Shown: positions 51,627 through 61,258 of the stretch, piece by piece
Layout: each line of letters begins with the position of its first letter
How positions within the stretch are numbered: position 1 is the first letter of the stretch
DNA from: an uncultured Neisseria sp.
Lineage (GTDB): Bacteria > Pseudomonadota > Gammaproteobacteria > Burkholderiales > UBA11063
Direction of reading: 5' to 3'
DNA: 64,000 nt
Assembly: GCA_964611845.1 (NCBI GenBank)
Contig: CAZTBH010000007.1
Location: 16,739-80,738 of the forward strand
Position numbers and translations under genes: made by a program
The notes under the pieces: generated by a model
What the model was told of the DNA's origin: nothing
What the model saw: only the letters and a program-made list of their open reading frames with translations
Databases searched by the model: none

Positions 51627-54260
51627 TTATAACTGATTCATAGTTTTAGAAATTAACTCATAAACATCGTTTGATAGTTTCTCTGTCGCTAAAATTTCAT
51701 TTAAAACTGGTTTTGCTAATTGTTGATATTCAGGCGCTAAACTAGTTAAAATACTAAAACCGTGCGCAATTCGCGCGCTAACTCCTGAGTTAAATTTATC
51801 AACTCGAAGTATTTCTGAGGCAATAAACTTGTACCCATCAGCGCTATTAAAATGACTGCTATTAGCCGTAAAAGCACGAATCAAGGAATAGAGCTTATTC
51901 GGGTTAGCATTGTCGTACTGTGGGTGAGTAGTTAGTTTTTTGACTTGCTTCAAAGTGTCAGCGCGTGAGCTTTGGCTTTGTAGTGTAAACCATTTATCCA
52001 TTACTAGTGGATAATTTTGGTATTCATTGTTAAATTGTGTAAGTAACTCTGCCCGTAAATCAGCATTGCTGTCATTAATTGCTATCAGCGCTGCTAACTT
52101 ATCCGTCATATTATCAGCTGTCTGATATTGCTTTTGAACCAAATCAAGATAGTTGGCTGCATTTTTACTACTTAGCAAATAAGTTAAAGCTATGTTTTTC
52201 AGTGCACGTTTACCTGCATCATTAAAATCATAGCTTAAGCATTGATTTTGCTGATAAGTTGCTAACCATAGCGACTCTAACGAATCTGCCAGATAAGATT
52301 TAAGCATAACTATAGCTTGGTTTAATTTAGCAACATTAACGGATTTTAGTTGTGCACATAATTCACCAAAACTAGGTAATCCGCTAATTAAGTTTTGAAT
52401 GCTTGGGTTCAACTGCTTATCTTGTAAGGTTTTAGTAAGCGCATTATTCAGTTGCGTAAAAATTTCTGCATTGGTGTTTTGTGGGTTCTGATACAAGGCA
52501 ATGATCGCATGTTGATAAAGTTTTTGCATCGCTTCCCAGCGGTTGAATGAATCACTATCATGCGCCGCTAAATTTAGCAATTGTACAGGAGTATAAGCAT
52601 AATCTAAAACTACAGGAGCTGAGAAACCACGCAATAATGATGGAGTAGGTTGTTGAGCTACCTTAATTTTAAACTCATTGTGTTGCTTACGAATGAGTAA
52701 AACGGCTTGTTCTTCCGGATAGATAACTTCTCCATTAATGACTTCAAATTCCAGCTCTTGCCCATCATTATTTATTAAACCTAGTTCCAATGGAATCAGC
52801 ATTGCTTGTTTGTTTTGCATATCTGCGGTATCAGGAATTTGCTGTTCAATATTTAACGTATAAATTTGAGTTCCAGAATCATATTTATCACTAATTTTTA
52901 AGGTCGGCGTACCAGTCTGAGAGTACCAGAGCATAAATTGGCTAAGATCAAAATTATTAGCATCTGCCATTGCTCGACAAAAGTCATCACACGTAACAGC
53001 AGAGCCATCATGGCGTTCAAAATAAAGCTTCATTCCTCGTTCAAAACCTGCACGCCCCAAAAGCGTTTGATACATCCGCACTACTTCTGCGCCTTTTTCA
53101 TAAACGGTCATAGTATAGAAATTATTGATTTCCAGATATGAAGCAGGGCGGACTGGATGTGCCAATGGCGATGCATCTTCGGGGAACTGATTTTGGCGAA
53201 GAGTTTTAACTGTTTGAATACGTTTTACATCCCGAGCATGTAAATCTGCAGTAAATTCCTGATCTCTGAAGACGGTCAGTCCTTCTTTTAATGATAGCTG
53301 AAACCAGTCGCGGCAGGTAACCCGATTGCCAGTCCAGTTATGAAAATATTCATGTCCAACCACTGCTTCAACATTGATGAAGTCAGTATCGGTTGCGGTT
53401 TTAGTTTCTGCCAAGACGTATTTAGTATTGAAGATGTTCAACCCTTTGTTTTCCATCGCTCCCATATTAAAATCGCCACTGGCAACTATCATATAGCGCT
53501 CAAGATCATATTCCAGATTGAAGCGTTGTTCATCCCAGCGCATAGACATAACTAGCGAATCTAAACAGTGCTGACATTGATTGATTGACTCAGGCTCGCT
53601 ATAGACTTCAAGGAGTACCTTTCGTCCTGATTGAGTAGTATAAACCGTATCAATTTTGCTAAATTTTCCGGCAACCAGTGCAAATAAATAACTCGGTTTT
53701 TTAAATGGGTCTTGCCATACTACCTTGGTTCGTCCATCGGGTAATTGTTCTTCGGAAATTTTGTTACCGTTTGAAAGTAAGATTGGATAATCTTGGGTTT
53801 TGGCAATAATCGTAGTCGTGAAAAGCGCCATTACATCTGGGCGATCCAAATAATAAGTGATTTTTCTAAAACCTTCTGGTTCACATTGAGTGAATAAATT
53901 CCCTTGCGATGCATATAAACCCATGCAGCTTTTGTTATTAAAAGCATCAACCTCAGTGGTGATTGATAGAGTAAATTCTTTAGGTAAATTATTAATCACC
54001 AATTCATCATTTGCCAAAGTATAGTCTGAATGAGTTGTATTATCAACCTTTAGTTCAAGCAATTTAGCACTACCGCTTAATTTTAAAACTCCACTTAATT
54101 GACAGGTGTTTTGTTGGTAGTCGGTGTCGCTTTTTACAATGACGTGTTGACCCAATATCTCAAAGTTTAGCCGAATATTTTGTGAGAAATAGTTAGGTTG
54201 TTGGTAATCTTTTAAGTACTTAATTTCCGGTTGGTTTTGCATAACTAATATTGCTTTCAT
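51627..54260 (-). CDS. pepN: Aminopeptidase N
   Basis: TQCEPEGFR, GAMENK, HEYFH..E, YEKGAE; alternative start at 54242. Confidence 0.97.
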   Translation of the reverse strand: MKAILVMQNQPEIKYLKDYQQPNYFSQNIRLNFEILGQHVIVKSDTDYQQNTCQLSGVLKLSGSAKLLELKVDNTTHSDYTLANDELVINNLPKEFTLSITTEVDAFNNKSCMGLYASQGNLFTQCEPEGFRKITYYLDRPDVMALFTTTIIAKTQDYPILLSNGNKISEEQLPDGRTKVVWQDPFKKPSYLFALVAGKFSKIDTVYTTQSGRKVLLEVYSEPESINQCQHCLDSLVMSMRWDEQRFNLEYDLERYMIVASGDFNMGAMENKGLNIFNTKYVLAETKTATDTDFINVEAVVGHEYFHNWTGNRVTCRDWFQLSLKEGLTVFRDQEFTADLHARDVKRIQTVKTLRQNQFPEDASPLAHPVRPASYLEINNFYTMTVYEKGAEVVRMYQTLLGRAGFERGMKLYFERHDGSAVTCDDFCRAMADANNFDLSQFMLWYSQTGTPTLKISDKYDSGTQIYTLNIEQQIPDTADMQNKQAMLIPLELGLINNDGQELEFEVINGEVIYPEEQAVLLIRKQHNEFKIKVAQQPTPSLLRGFSAPVVLDYAYTPVQLLNLAAHDSDSFNRWEAMQKLYQHAIIALYQNPQNTNAEIFTQLNNALTKTLQDKQLNPSIQNLISGLPSFGELCAQLKSVNVAKLNQAIVMLKSYLADSLESLWLATYQQNQCLSYDFNDAGKRALKNIALTYLLSSKNAANYLDLVQKQYQTADNMTDKLAALIAINDSNADLRAELLTQFNNEYQNYPLVMDKWFTLQSQSSRADTLKQVKKLTTHPQYDNANPNKLYSLIRAFTANSSHFNSADGYKFIASEILRVDKFNSGVSARIAHGFSILTSLAPEYQQLAKPVLNEILATEKLSNDVYELISKTMNQL

Positions 54261-54519
54261 ATGTAATCGTTAATTAAGTAAATATTATAAGATTAATGGG
54301 GTAATAACTCAAGCTTGATTTACGAGAGGCACTGATATTATTCTCTGGATTAACTCAGGATGTTCTGGTTTATTTGAATGTAAGAGCTGTTGAACGTAGT
54401 AAGAAAGAACTTGAATTGGCTAACGGTGTGTATAAATACAACGTATTTTTGTATTGACGTGGCTAACGTGTAGCTCAGGGTGTGAAATTCAAACTTGGTG
54501 CCGATGGCAAATCTTTGGT

Positions 54520-54961
54520 TGGACAGGCGTTGACATAATTAATGCTGGAGTTACCAATAATGTACTCAATGGCAGCACAAGAAACGATACTTATATCTTC
54601 AATAAAAGTGATAGTGCTGATATAATACAGGACACAGGTGGTGGTGATAATCATGAAGCTTGGAGATGGTATTAACAAAGAGAATTTGTGGTTTACTAAA
54701 CAAGGTTCTGATTTAGAAATCAGTAATATTAAGAATTAAGACAAAACTATTGTCAAAAATTGGTATGCAGATAATGGTAAAAACCAGCTGGAGAAGGTGG
54801 CTAGCCAGCAGGAGCTATCTTTCGAATGTCTCGATTGACCAATTATTACAGGCAATGGCGACTTTTGATGTTAACCAATGGCAGAAACTAGCTTTACGCT
54901 ATCACAGCAAATGAGTATTCAAGCTGCATTGGTCAATACTTAGGTTGATCCAGCTAAATAA
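54520..54961 (+). pseudogene. Degraded C-terminus of an RTX/hemolysin-type Ca-binding type-I-secreted protein
   Basis: Joined across frameshifts and stops: GVDIINAG..NDTYIFNK..D.IQDTGG / LGDGINKENLWFTKQGSDLEI..*..IVKNWY..NQLE / IDQLLQAMATF. Confidence 0.8.
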
Positions 54962-54975
54962 AAGGGGAAAAATTT

Positions 54976-56076
54976 ATGAAAATTAATCAGATTCAAATTG
55001 CTAAATTACGTATTCCACTGATTCGTCCATTTATTACAGCACTACGACGTACTGAACATGTCGAAGATATCGTGGTGATTCTTTCTACTGACAATGGAGT
55101 ACTCGGCTATGGCTCGGCAGCGTCAACTCCGGTTATTACTGGTGATTCGCAAGAGTCAATTATCGGTGCGCTGCAGATTTTAGCCACTAAATTACTCGGT
55201 AAAGAACTGACTAATTTTGAAGCGCTACTTTTGCTGGTACAAAACTCTCTGGTAAATAATACTTCGGCTAAAGCGGCAATGGATATTGCTTTGCATGATT
55301 TAGTTGCCAAACAGCTACAAGTTCCTTTATATAAGTTTTTGGGTGGTGGTAAGCCTGAGTTAAAGATCTTAACTACGGTTAGCGTCAAAGATGTGGAAGA
55401 AATGGTCGAAGATGCTAAGCTATTTGTTTCTCAAGGTTTTGAAACCTTAAAAATCAAAGTTGGACTTAATCCCGCTGAAGATATTGCGCGCTTAAAAGCG
55501 ATTCGACAAGCCGTTGGTAATTCGATTCATATTTTAAGCGATGCTAATCAAGGCTGGGATGCCAAGTCCGCACTGCAGATTATCGACTCACTCGCCGCTA
55601 ATGACCTAGGAATTGCGATGGTTGAACAACCTGTCAAAGCTTGGGATTATAACAATTTGAAATATGTGCGTGATAATTCGCGGATTCCGATTTATGCCGA
55701 TGAATCAGCTTTTAATTTGCGAGATGTAAGCAAAATTATCAGCGGTGAAATTGCCGATGGGATTAATATTAAACTAATGAAGTCGGGCGGAATTTATGCT
55801 GCGCGTCCGATTTATGATTTGGCAACGACGCATAATATCCCGTGTATGGCGGGGTGTATGCTCGAGTCTCCGATTGGTTTAGCAGCGATGGCGAGCTTTG
55901 TGGTTGGACGGAGTAATATTAAATTTGTTGATTTAGACCCAATCACGATGATTAAACATAATCCGATTCAAGGTGGGGTAAGCCTCAACGGTGCGACACT
56001 CTCATTGTCAGAATTACCAGGGCTCGGAATTACGCATTTGGGTGACTTGGAAGCTGTTATAACGATTGGAGCATAG
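54976..56076 (+). CDS. Dipeptide (L-Ala-D/L-Glu-type) epimerase, enolase superfamily
   Basis: PFITALR, LKIKVG, DANQGW, EQP, ADES, NIKLMK, C-terminal DLD. Confidence 0.9.
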   Translation: MKINQIQIAKLRIPLIRPFITALRRTEHVEDIVVILSTDNGVLGYGSAASTPVITGDSQESIIGALQILATKLLGKELTNFEALLLLVQNSLVNNTSAKAAMDIALHDLVAKQLQVPLYKFLGGGKPELKILTTVSVKDVEEMVEDAKLFVSQGFETLKIKVGLNPAEDIARLKAIRQAVGNSIHILSDANQGWDAKSALQIIDSLAANDLGIAMVEQPVKAWDYNNLKYVRDNSRIPIYADESAFNLRDVSKIISGEIADGINIKLMKSGGIYAARPIYDLATTHNIPCMAGCMLESPIGLAAMASFVVGRSNIKFVDLDPITMIKHNPIQGGVSLNGATLSLSELPGLGITHLGDLEAVITIGA

Positions 56077-56077
56077 T

Positions 56078-57373
56078 ATGGATTGGCATTTTTTTGTACA
56101 ATTATCCAGCTTATTGGTTATCGTGCTTTATACTGTTATGGTATTTCGCAATGTTGATCCTTTGGTGGCAACCGCAATTGGCGTGGTTTTAGGATTTTTA
56201 TTTAATTTATCCTCACCAATTGAAATTGGTAAAACGATGGAAGCGGCGCTGGGTTCATTTATGGCTTTAGTTGGGTTAATCATTATGCTCGGGCGTGGCT
56301 TGGGCGAAATATTGACTGAAACCAAAGTAAGTCATACCATGGTGCACAAGATTGTTTATAGTATCGGAGTTAATACTCAACGGCGGGTTAAAATTGGTAT
56401 TGTTACTTCTTCAGTGGTAATTGTTGCAGTACTTGGAACTTTAGCTGGTGGCTTAGCGATTTTAGCGCCGATTCTACGCCCGATTGCTGGGAGTGTCAAA
56501 CTCTCGCGTCCGAGTATGGCGGTATTGATGCAGGCAGCGGGTGAGGAAGCTTTGATTTTAGGACCTTTTGCGCCACCTGTGGTAGCCTTACTGGGGGTTA
56601 CTGGAATCAGTTATGGTTCGATGTTAATTTATGCTTCAATTCCGATTGCTTTGGTGACGATTGTTGTTACTTGGGTGATGGCATCACGTCTACAAGTACA
56701 GTATGCGCATGAAACTTTTCCACACGATGAAACCGAAGAGCGTTTTGTACCGACTAAGCAGCAAAATACCGCAACGATCGTTTTTATTTTGGCGTTTATT
56801 GCTTGTGTAGCTTATGGATTAATTTTTCAGGCTAAAACATCTTATGTTATCTTTGTAATGTTATTTTTATCAATCTTAACTGGGATAGTTGGTGGCTTAC
56901 GAATAGGTAAGGTTTTTCATTTATTGGTTGAAGGTATGAAGAAAAATTTCCATTTATTCTTTATTTTCTTTTTGCTTGGTCCGATGCTTGATTTGGTACA
57001 AAAAGCTGGAGGCTTTGCCGCATTGATGAAATTATTTGTACCGCTTGAACATTTTGGCGGTAAAATAGTATTATCCATTCTGATTGGAATTACTGGGGCT
57101 TTTGGGATGCCCGCTGCATCTGCGGCAGTAATTAAGATGCTGCATGAAATGTTTTCACCTGTCGCGTTGGAAATGAATTTGAGCGTTATGACTTTTGCTT
57201 TTAGTATGCTATTGGCTACCCGGATTACCAATTTTGCGATTCCTGGGGCAAATATGTTTGCCGCAATGGGTTTTGCTGAGAGTCAAAATGTCAAAGCGAT
57301 GATTAAAAATGGTTTGACGGTAACTGCGGTACAAATATTGTTTTTAGTAACGTATAGTATAATTTGGCATTAA
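56078..57373 (+). CDS. Secondary transporter, GntP/ion-transporter superfamily-like permease
   Basis: About 12 TMs; IIMLGRGLG, GPFAPP motifs; starts 1 nt after the epimerase stop. Confidence 0.7.
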   Translation: MDWHFFVQLSSLLVIVLYTVMVFRNVDPLVATAIGVVLGFLFNLSSPIEIGKTMEAALGSFMALVGLIIMLGRGLGEILTETKVSHTMVHKIVYSIGVNTQRRVKIGIVTSSVVIVAVLGTLAGGLAILAPILRPIAGSVKLSRPSMAVLMQAAGEEALILGPFAPPVVALLGVTGISYGSMLIYASIPIALVTIVVTWVMASRLQVQYAHETFPHDETEERFVPTKQQNTATIVFILAFIACVAYGLIFQAKTSYVIFVMLFLSILTGIVGGLRIGKVFHLLVEGMKKNFHLFFIFFLLGPMLDLVQKAGGFAALMKLFVPLEHFGGKIVLSILIGITGAFGMPAASAAVIKMLHEMFSPVALEMNLSVMTFAFSMLLATRITNFAIPGANMFAAMGFAESQNVKAMIKNGLTVTAVQILFLVTYSIIWH

Positions 57374-57408
57374 AATACTGCGAGTATCTCTTTTAGGTGG
57401 TGTAACTT

Positions 57409-58287
57409 ATGAAAAAATTAGCTTTATTATTAACGTGTGGTATTGCCACCAGTTTTGCATGCACGACGTTTGCTACTTTTAATGGCGCTGATGATACGCT
57501 TTTAATGGCGAAAAATCGTGATAATAATCCTGATCGCCAAGTGATCGAAGTAGTCGCAGAAAAAGGTAAATTGAAATATCTTGCACTCTCGCGGCAGGAT
57601 GTACCAGATTTTGTCTCGGCTGGGATTAATGAGAAAAATTTAGCAGTGTTTAATGAAGTGACTATTGAATACTCAGCTTTAGCCAAAGGTGGAATTGCCG
57701 ATGATTTTAGTAAAGATATATTGCAAAATTATACTAATGCTAAGGATGTGATTCCTGATTTACCCAAATTAATTGCTAAATTCCCTGATCCAGTATTTTA
57801 TCAAGTTGCCGATGCTAAAAATATCTTATCAATTGAAGTTGCGCCCAATCATAAATTTAGCTATAAACTAGTTGACCGTGGGGTATATGCCCATACGAAT
57901 AATTATCAAGATGAGAAATTAATCAAAAATTATCCTTATACTGAAGCTGAAAAAGCCCGCTTACTTGCTAGCACCACACGCTTAAACCGTGCTCGTTATT
58001 TAGTTGCAGGAGAGTCAGCAACGAGCTTACAGGCAATGCAAAATATTGCTCTAGATCGAGCTGCTGGAACTGATGATAGTATTTTCCGCTTTGGTAACTT
58101 GCAAAATTACCGTAGTTCAAAGAGTTTGGCCTTTTTTGGTGTGAAGATTGACAAAGCAGGGCAAAATCCTGGGGAATTTAGTGCTAATTTATATTATGCA
58201 GGCGAGAAATATAATTATGTCTTAAATCAGCAGTTTTGGGATAAATATACCCAAACATACACAATAGTTTCTGCAACAGGCAAATAA
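57409..58287 (+). CDS. Secreted Ntn-hydrolase (C45/acyltransferase/choloylglycine-hydrolase-like)
   Basis: Signal peptide ending SFA leaves an N-terminal Cys (CTT..AKNRD); GINEK.L, AHTN. Confidence 0.82.
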   Translation: MKKLALLLTCGIATSFACTTFATFNGADDTLLMAKNRDNNPDRQVIEVVAEKGKLKYLALSRQDVPDFVSAGINEKNLAVFNEVTIEYSALAKGGIADDFSKDILQNYTNAKDVIPDLPKLIAKFPDPVFYQVADAKNILSIEVAPNHKFSYKLVDRGVYAHTNNYQDEKLIKNYPYTEAEKARLLASTTRLNRARYLVAGESATSLQAMQNIALDRAAGTDDSIFRFGNLQNYRSSKSLAFFGVKIDKAGQNPGEFSANLYYAGEKYNYVLNQQFWDKYTQTYTIVSATGK

Positions 58288-58288
58288 T

Positions 58289-59287
58289 ATGCGTAAAATT
58301 TTGATTATCTATACTGGTGGTACGATTGGAATGGACTACACGCCAAATGGCTTGCAACCCGTGGCTGGGCTATTTAAGTCACAGATTGCAACGCTAGATC
58401 CAGTTAAAGATGTAATTGTTGATTTACTCGAATATGAGCAGTTAATTGATTCCTCAGATATCAGAATTGAGCACTGGCAACGAATTATACAAGATATTTC
58501 GGATAATTATGATCAGTATAACGGATTTGTGATTATTCATGGTACTGACACTATGGCTTATACTGCAAGTGTCCTAGCTTTTGCTTTGCGCGGTCTGGAT
58601 AAGCCAGTGGTATTGACAGGGTCACAGCTGCCGCTAGTTCATCGTAGGAGTGATGGTTGGAGCAATCTGATAGATGCGCTTTTTGCGGCTAGTCGTGATG
58701 ATTTGCATGAGGTTGCGATTGCTTTCAATAATAAACTGCTCCGTGGTTGCCGAGCACAGAAAGTCAGCACGTATCGATTTTTTGGTTTTGATTCGGTAGA
58801 TGAAGAGCCATTGGCGGAGTTTGGGATTCAAATCAACTGGTTTAACAAACGTTGGCTCAAAGCAACGCGCTTTAGTTTTGCCCCTGTGATTCCGCAAAAT
58901 GCTAAAATTCTTGATCTGAGTCTGCGTCCAGAATTTACTACCGATTTTATTGCGGATACGCTAAACAATACTGAGCTCGATGCGGTGGTATTACAGACCT
59001 ATGGTAGCGGTAATATTCCAATGGGTAATCTAAAGCTGGTTGATGCGCTTAAAAATGCAGTTGCACGTGGGGTTATCATCGTCAATATAACTCAGGTAAA
59101 CGAAGGGCGAGTTTCTAATGATTACGCGAGTAGCTGTTTACATGATTTAGGAATTGTCAGTGGTTGCGACATGACTATTGAAGCTGCATTGGCAAAATTA
59201 ATGGTGCTGATGTCGAGCAAAATGAGTAAAGAGACAATTAAAAGTGCGATGAGTGAAAATCTAGTCGGTGAGTTAACTGCAGGGTAA
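58289..59287 (+). CDS. ansA: L-asparaginase type I (cytoplasmic)
   Basis: YTGGTIGM, IDSS, HGTDTMAY, LTGSQ, YGSGN, DMT.EAA.AK. Confidence 0.95.
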   Translation: MRKILIIYTGGTIGMDYTPNGLQPVAGLFKSQIATLDPVKDVIVDLLEYEQLIDSSDIRIEHWQRIIQDISDNYDQYNGFVIIHGTDTMAYTASVLAFALRGLDKPVVLTGSQLPLVHRRSDGWSNLIDALFAASRDDLHEVAIAFNNKLLRGCRAQKVSTYRFFGFDSVDEEPLAEFGIQINWFNKRWLKATRFSFAPVIPQNAKILDLSLRPEFTTDFIADTLNNTELDAVVLQTYGSGNIPMGNLKLVDALKNAVARGVIIVNITQVNEGRVSNDYASSCLHDLGIVSGCDMTIEAALAKLMVLMSSKMSKETIKSAMSENLVGELTAG

Positions 59288-59404
59288 TCTTTGGATCATG
59301 ATTGAATATAAAGTACAGCATAAAATAAGCGTCTATATATCTAAAGGTTTCAATGTGTTATGTGAGTTAAGGTTTGTTTTTGATAGAGTAGGGATTATTG
59401 GAGA

Positions 59405-59481
59405 TGGCGCCTCAAGTAGGAATCGAACCTACGACCTGCGGATTAACAGTCCGTCGCTCTAACCGTCTGAGCTATTGAGGC
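59405..59481 (-). tRNA. tRNA-Asn(GTT)
   Basis: gcctcaa-ta-gctc..gagc-g-acgga-ctGTTaa-tccgc-aggtc-gtagg-ttcgatt-cctac-ttgaggc-gCCA; 77-nt cloverleaf with encoded CCA. Confidence 0.97.
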
Positions 59482-59502
59482 TTTGTTTTATTCAAGAACG
59501 GT

Positions 59503-59532
59503 ATTATACGTTGGGAACACTAGCGTTGTCAA
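59503..59532 (-). promoter_or_regulatory. Consensus sigma70 promoter of tRNA-Asn
   Basis: TTGACA-18 nt-TATAAT on the minus strand. Confidence 0.75.
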
Positions 59533-59572
59533 ATTTTATTTCACAAAAAAATCTTAAATAAAGAATATAAAT

Positions 59573-60172
59573 ATGGTTAATAAAAGTATATCAAAAATTT
59601 ATCTGGCTTCAAAAAGTCCTAGGAGGGCAGAACTTTTGACGCAAATGGGTGTAGATTTTACAATTCTCTCATTTGATATTCCTGAAATAGTTGCAGATGG
59701 GGAGAACCCTTTTGATTATTCGCAGCGTATTTGTCGCGAAAAAGCTGAGGCTGGTTGGCAATATATGTTAGATAGAGAGCTGCCCATTCTGCCGATTTTA
59801 ACTGCGGATACTGAGGTGATTTATCAGGGGCAGGTGCTGGGTAAACCAGTTGATTATGACGATGCCTTTAGAATGTGGCGGACGTTTGCTGGAGATCGTA
59901 ATTTGGTTATTACCTCAGTTACTTTAAAATATTATGATTTTGAGAAAACCGTAACTAGCCAAAGCTGGGTTCATTTTGATCAGTTAAGTGATGAAGAAAT
60001 CCATACTTATTTGGCAACTGGTGATTATAAAGACAAATCCGGTGCTTATGGTATCCAAAGTTTAGCTGGACAATATATCCAAAAAATTGACGGTTGTTTT
60101 TATGCAATTATGGGATTGCCGCTTAACACCGTCCGTAATTTATTGCACGAGCTAAATAGCGATGCTAAATAA
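59573..60172 (+). CDS. maf: Maf family nucleoside triphosphate pyrophosphatase (YhdE type)
   Basis: LASKSPRR, EKA, ADT, LGKP, DKSGAYGIQ, MGLPL. Confidence 0.94.
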   Translation: MVNKSISKIYLASKSPRRAELLTQMGVDFTILSFDIPEIVADGENPFDYSQRICREKAEAGWQYMLDRELPILPILTADTEVIYQGQVLGKPVDYDDAFRMWRTFAGDRNLVITSVTLKYYDFEKTVTSQSWVHFDQLSDEEIHTYLATGDYKDKSGAYGIQSLAGQYIQKIDGCFYAIMGLPLNTVRNLLHELNSDAK

Positions 60173-61217
60173 AGTTATTATCTATCGTCAGAGTTCAGTT
60201 GTCTATGGATTTGCGTATGTTAAAGGTCAATTAAGCTATGTTACGCAGGATTATGATGGTTTTGCCAGCGAAGCAGTATTCAACGCCAAAATAATTAAAG
60301 TTAATCATGCGGAGCGAAGCGCATTTATCGAATATGCTACTGGGCAAAGTGGATTTGTTAATCTTGGTAAAAATAGCAAATTGCAAGATGGTACAAATCT
60401 CATGGTTCAATTAACTTGGGCTGGTGATGAAATTAAGCAGCCTAAATTCCGCACAAGTGTACAACTTGTAGGTAAATATGCAGTTGCTACCCTATCTAAT
60501 CAGGCTAGTGTTGATTGTTCGCGATCTCCTATCCATAATCGTGATGCACTGTCTCAAGCGATGCTTTGTTATCCGGCGAAATGGACTCTCCGTAGTAGTG
60601 TTAAACAACTCTCTGATATTGAGCCTGTCATGCTTGAGGTTGAACATATCGGAGGGCAGCTGAATAAATTAGAAACACTTAGTAAGAACGGTGAACTTAT
60701 TGCTGGTGTTCCAAATTATTTAAAATTATTACGTTCATTGCCACTAGCTCCAGAATGTTTGATCATCAGTAATGATAAATTGGTTGATGAGCAGCTTTTA
60801 GACTTACAGGACTGTTGGTTACTCGACGCTATTGAATATAATCCGCGGCTTAATATGGAGAGTGAACTAGCCGCTTATCAAGAATTAGTCGCTAGTTCAA
60901 GTCATAATTTAGCGAATGGAGCCGGCTTAGAAATACATTGTTTATCGGGTATTAACTTGATTGATATCAATAGCGACAAAGCGAAGCTTGGGCATAGTCA
61001 ATTAAATTTTTTGGTTTTGGATGCAATACATCAGCAAATTTGTCTGCGTAATTTGCAGGGAATTATTTTACTAGACTTACTAAAAAATATGACTAAAGTA
61101 GAGCAAGAACAGGTTTTGGATTACCTTAAAAAATTATTTAAGCATGACATAACCAATACCAAAGTTTTGGGGTTTAGCCATAGTGGCTTATGTGAGTTGA
61201 TTCGGCAAAAATTCTAG
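60162..61217 (+). CDS. rng: Short, diverged ribonuclease E/G family protein
   Basis: S1-like N-terminus (AFIEY..GF), IDINS, QICLRNLQGIILLD, GLCEL.RQ; follows maf. Confidence 0.72.
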   Translation: MLNKVIIYRQSSVVYGFAYVKGQLSYVTQDYDGFASEAVFNAKIIKVNHAERSAFIEYATGQSGFVNLGKNSKLQDGTNLMVQLTWAGDEIKQPKFRTSVQLVGKYAVATLSNQASVDCSRSPIHNRDALSQAMLCYPAKWTLRSSVKQLSDIEPVMLEVEHIGGQLNKLETLSKNGELIAGVPNYLKLLRSLPLAPECLIISNDKLVDEQLLDLQDCWLLDAIEYNPRLNMESELAAYQELVASSSHNLANGAGLEIHCLSGINLIDINSDKAKLGHSQLNFLVLDAIHQQICLRNLQGIILLDLLKNMTKVEQEQVLDYLKKLFKHDITNTKVLGFSHSGLCELIRQKF

Positions 61218-61258
61218 TGGGTATAGCTCGCACTAAAATTTTGTAAAGGAAGTTCATT

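Noticed and set aside
54261-59481. Integrative element inserted at tRNA-Asn
   Set aside because: No integrase is present and I found no duplicate of the tRNA 3' end near 54.3 kb; kept only as an accessory operon.
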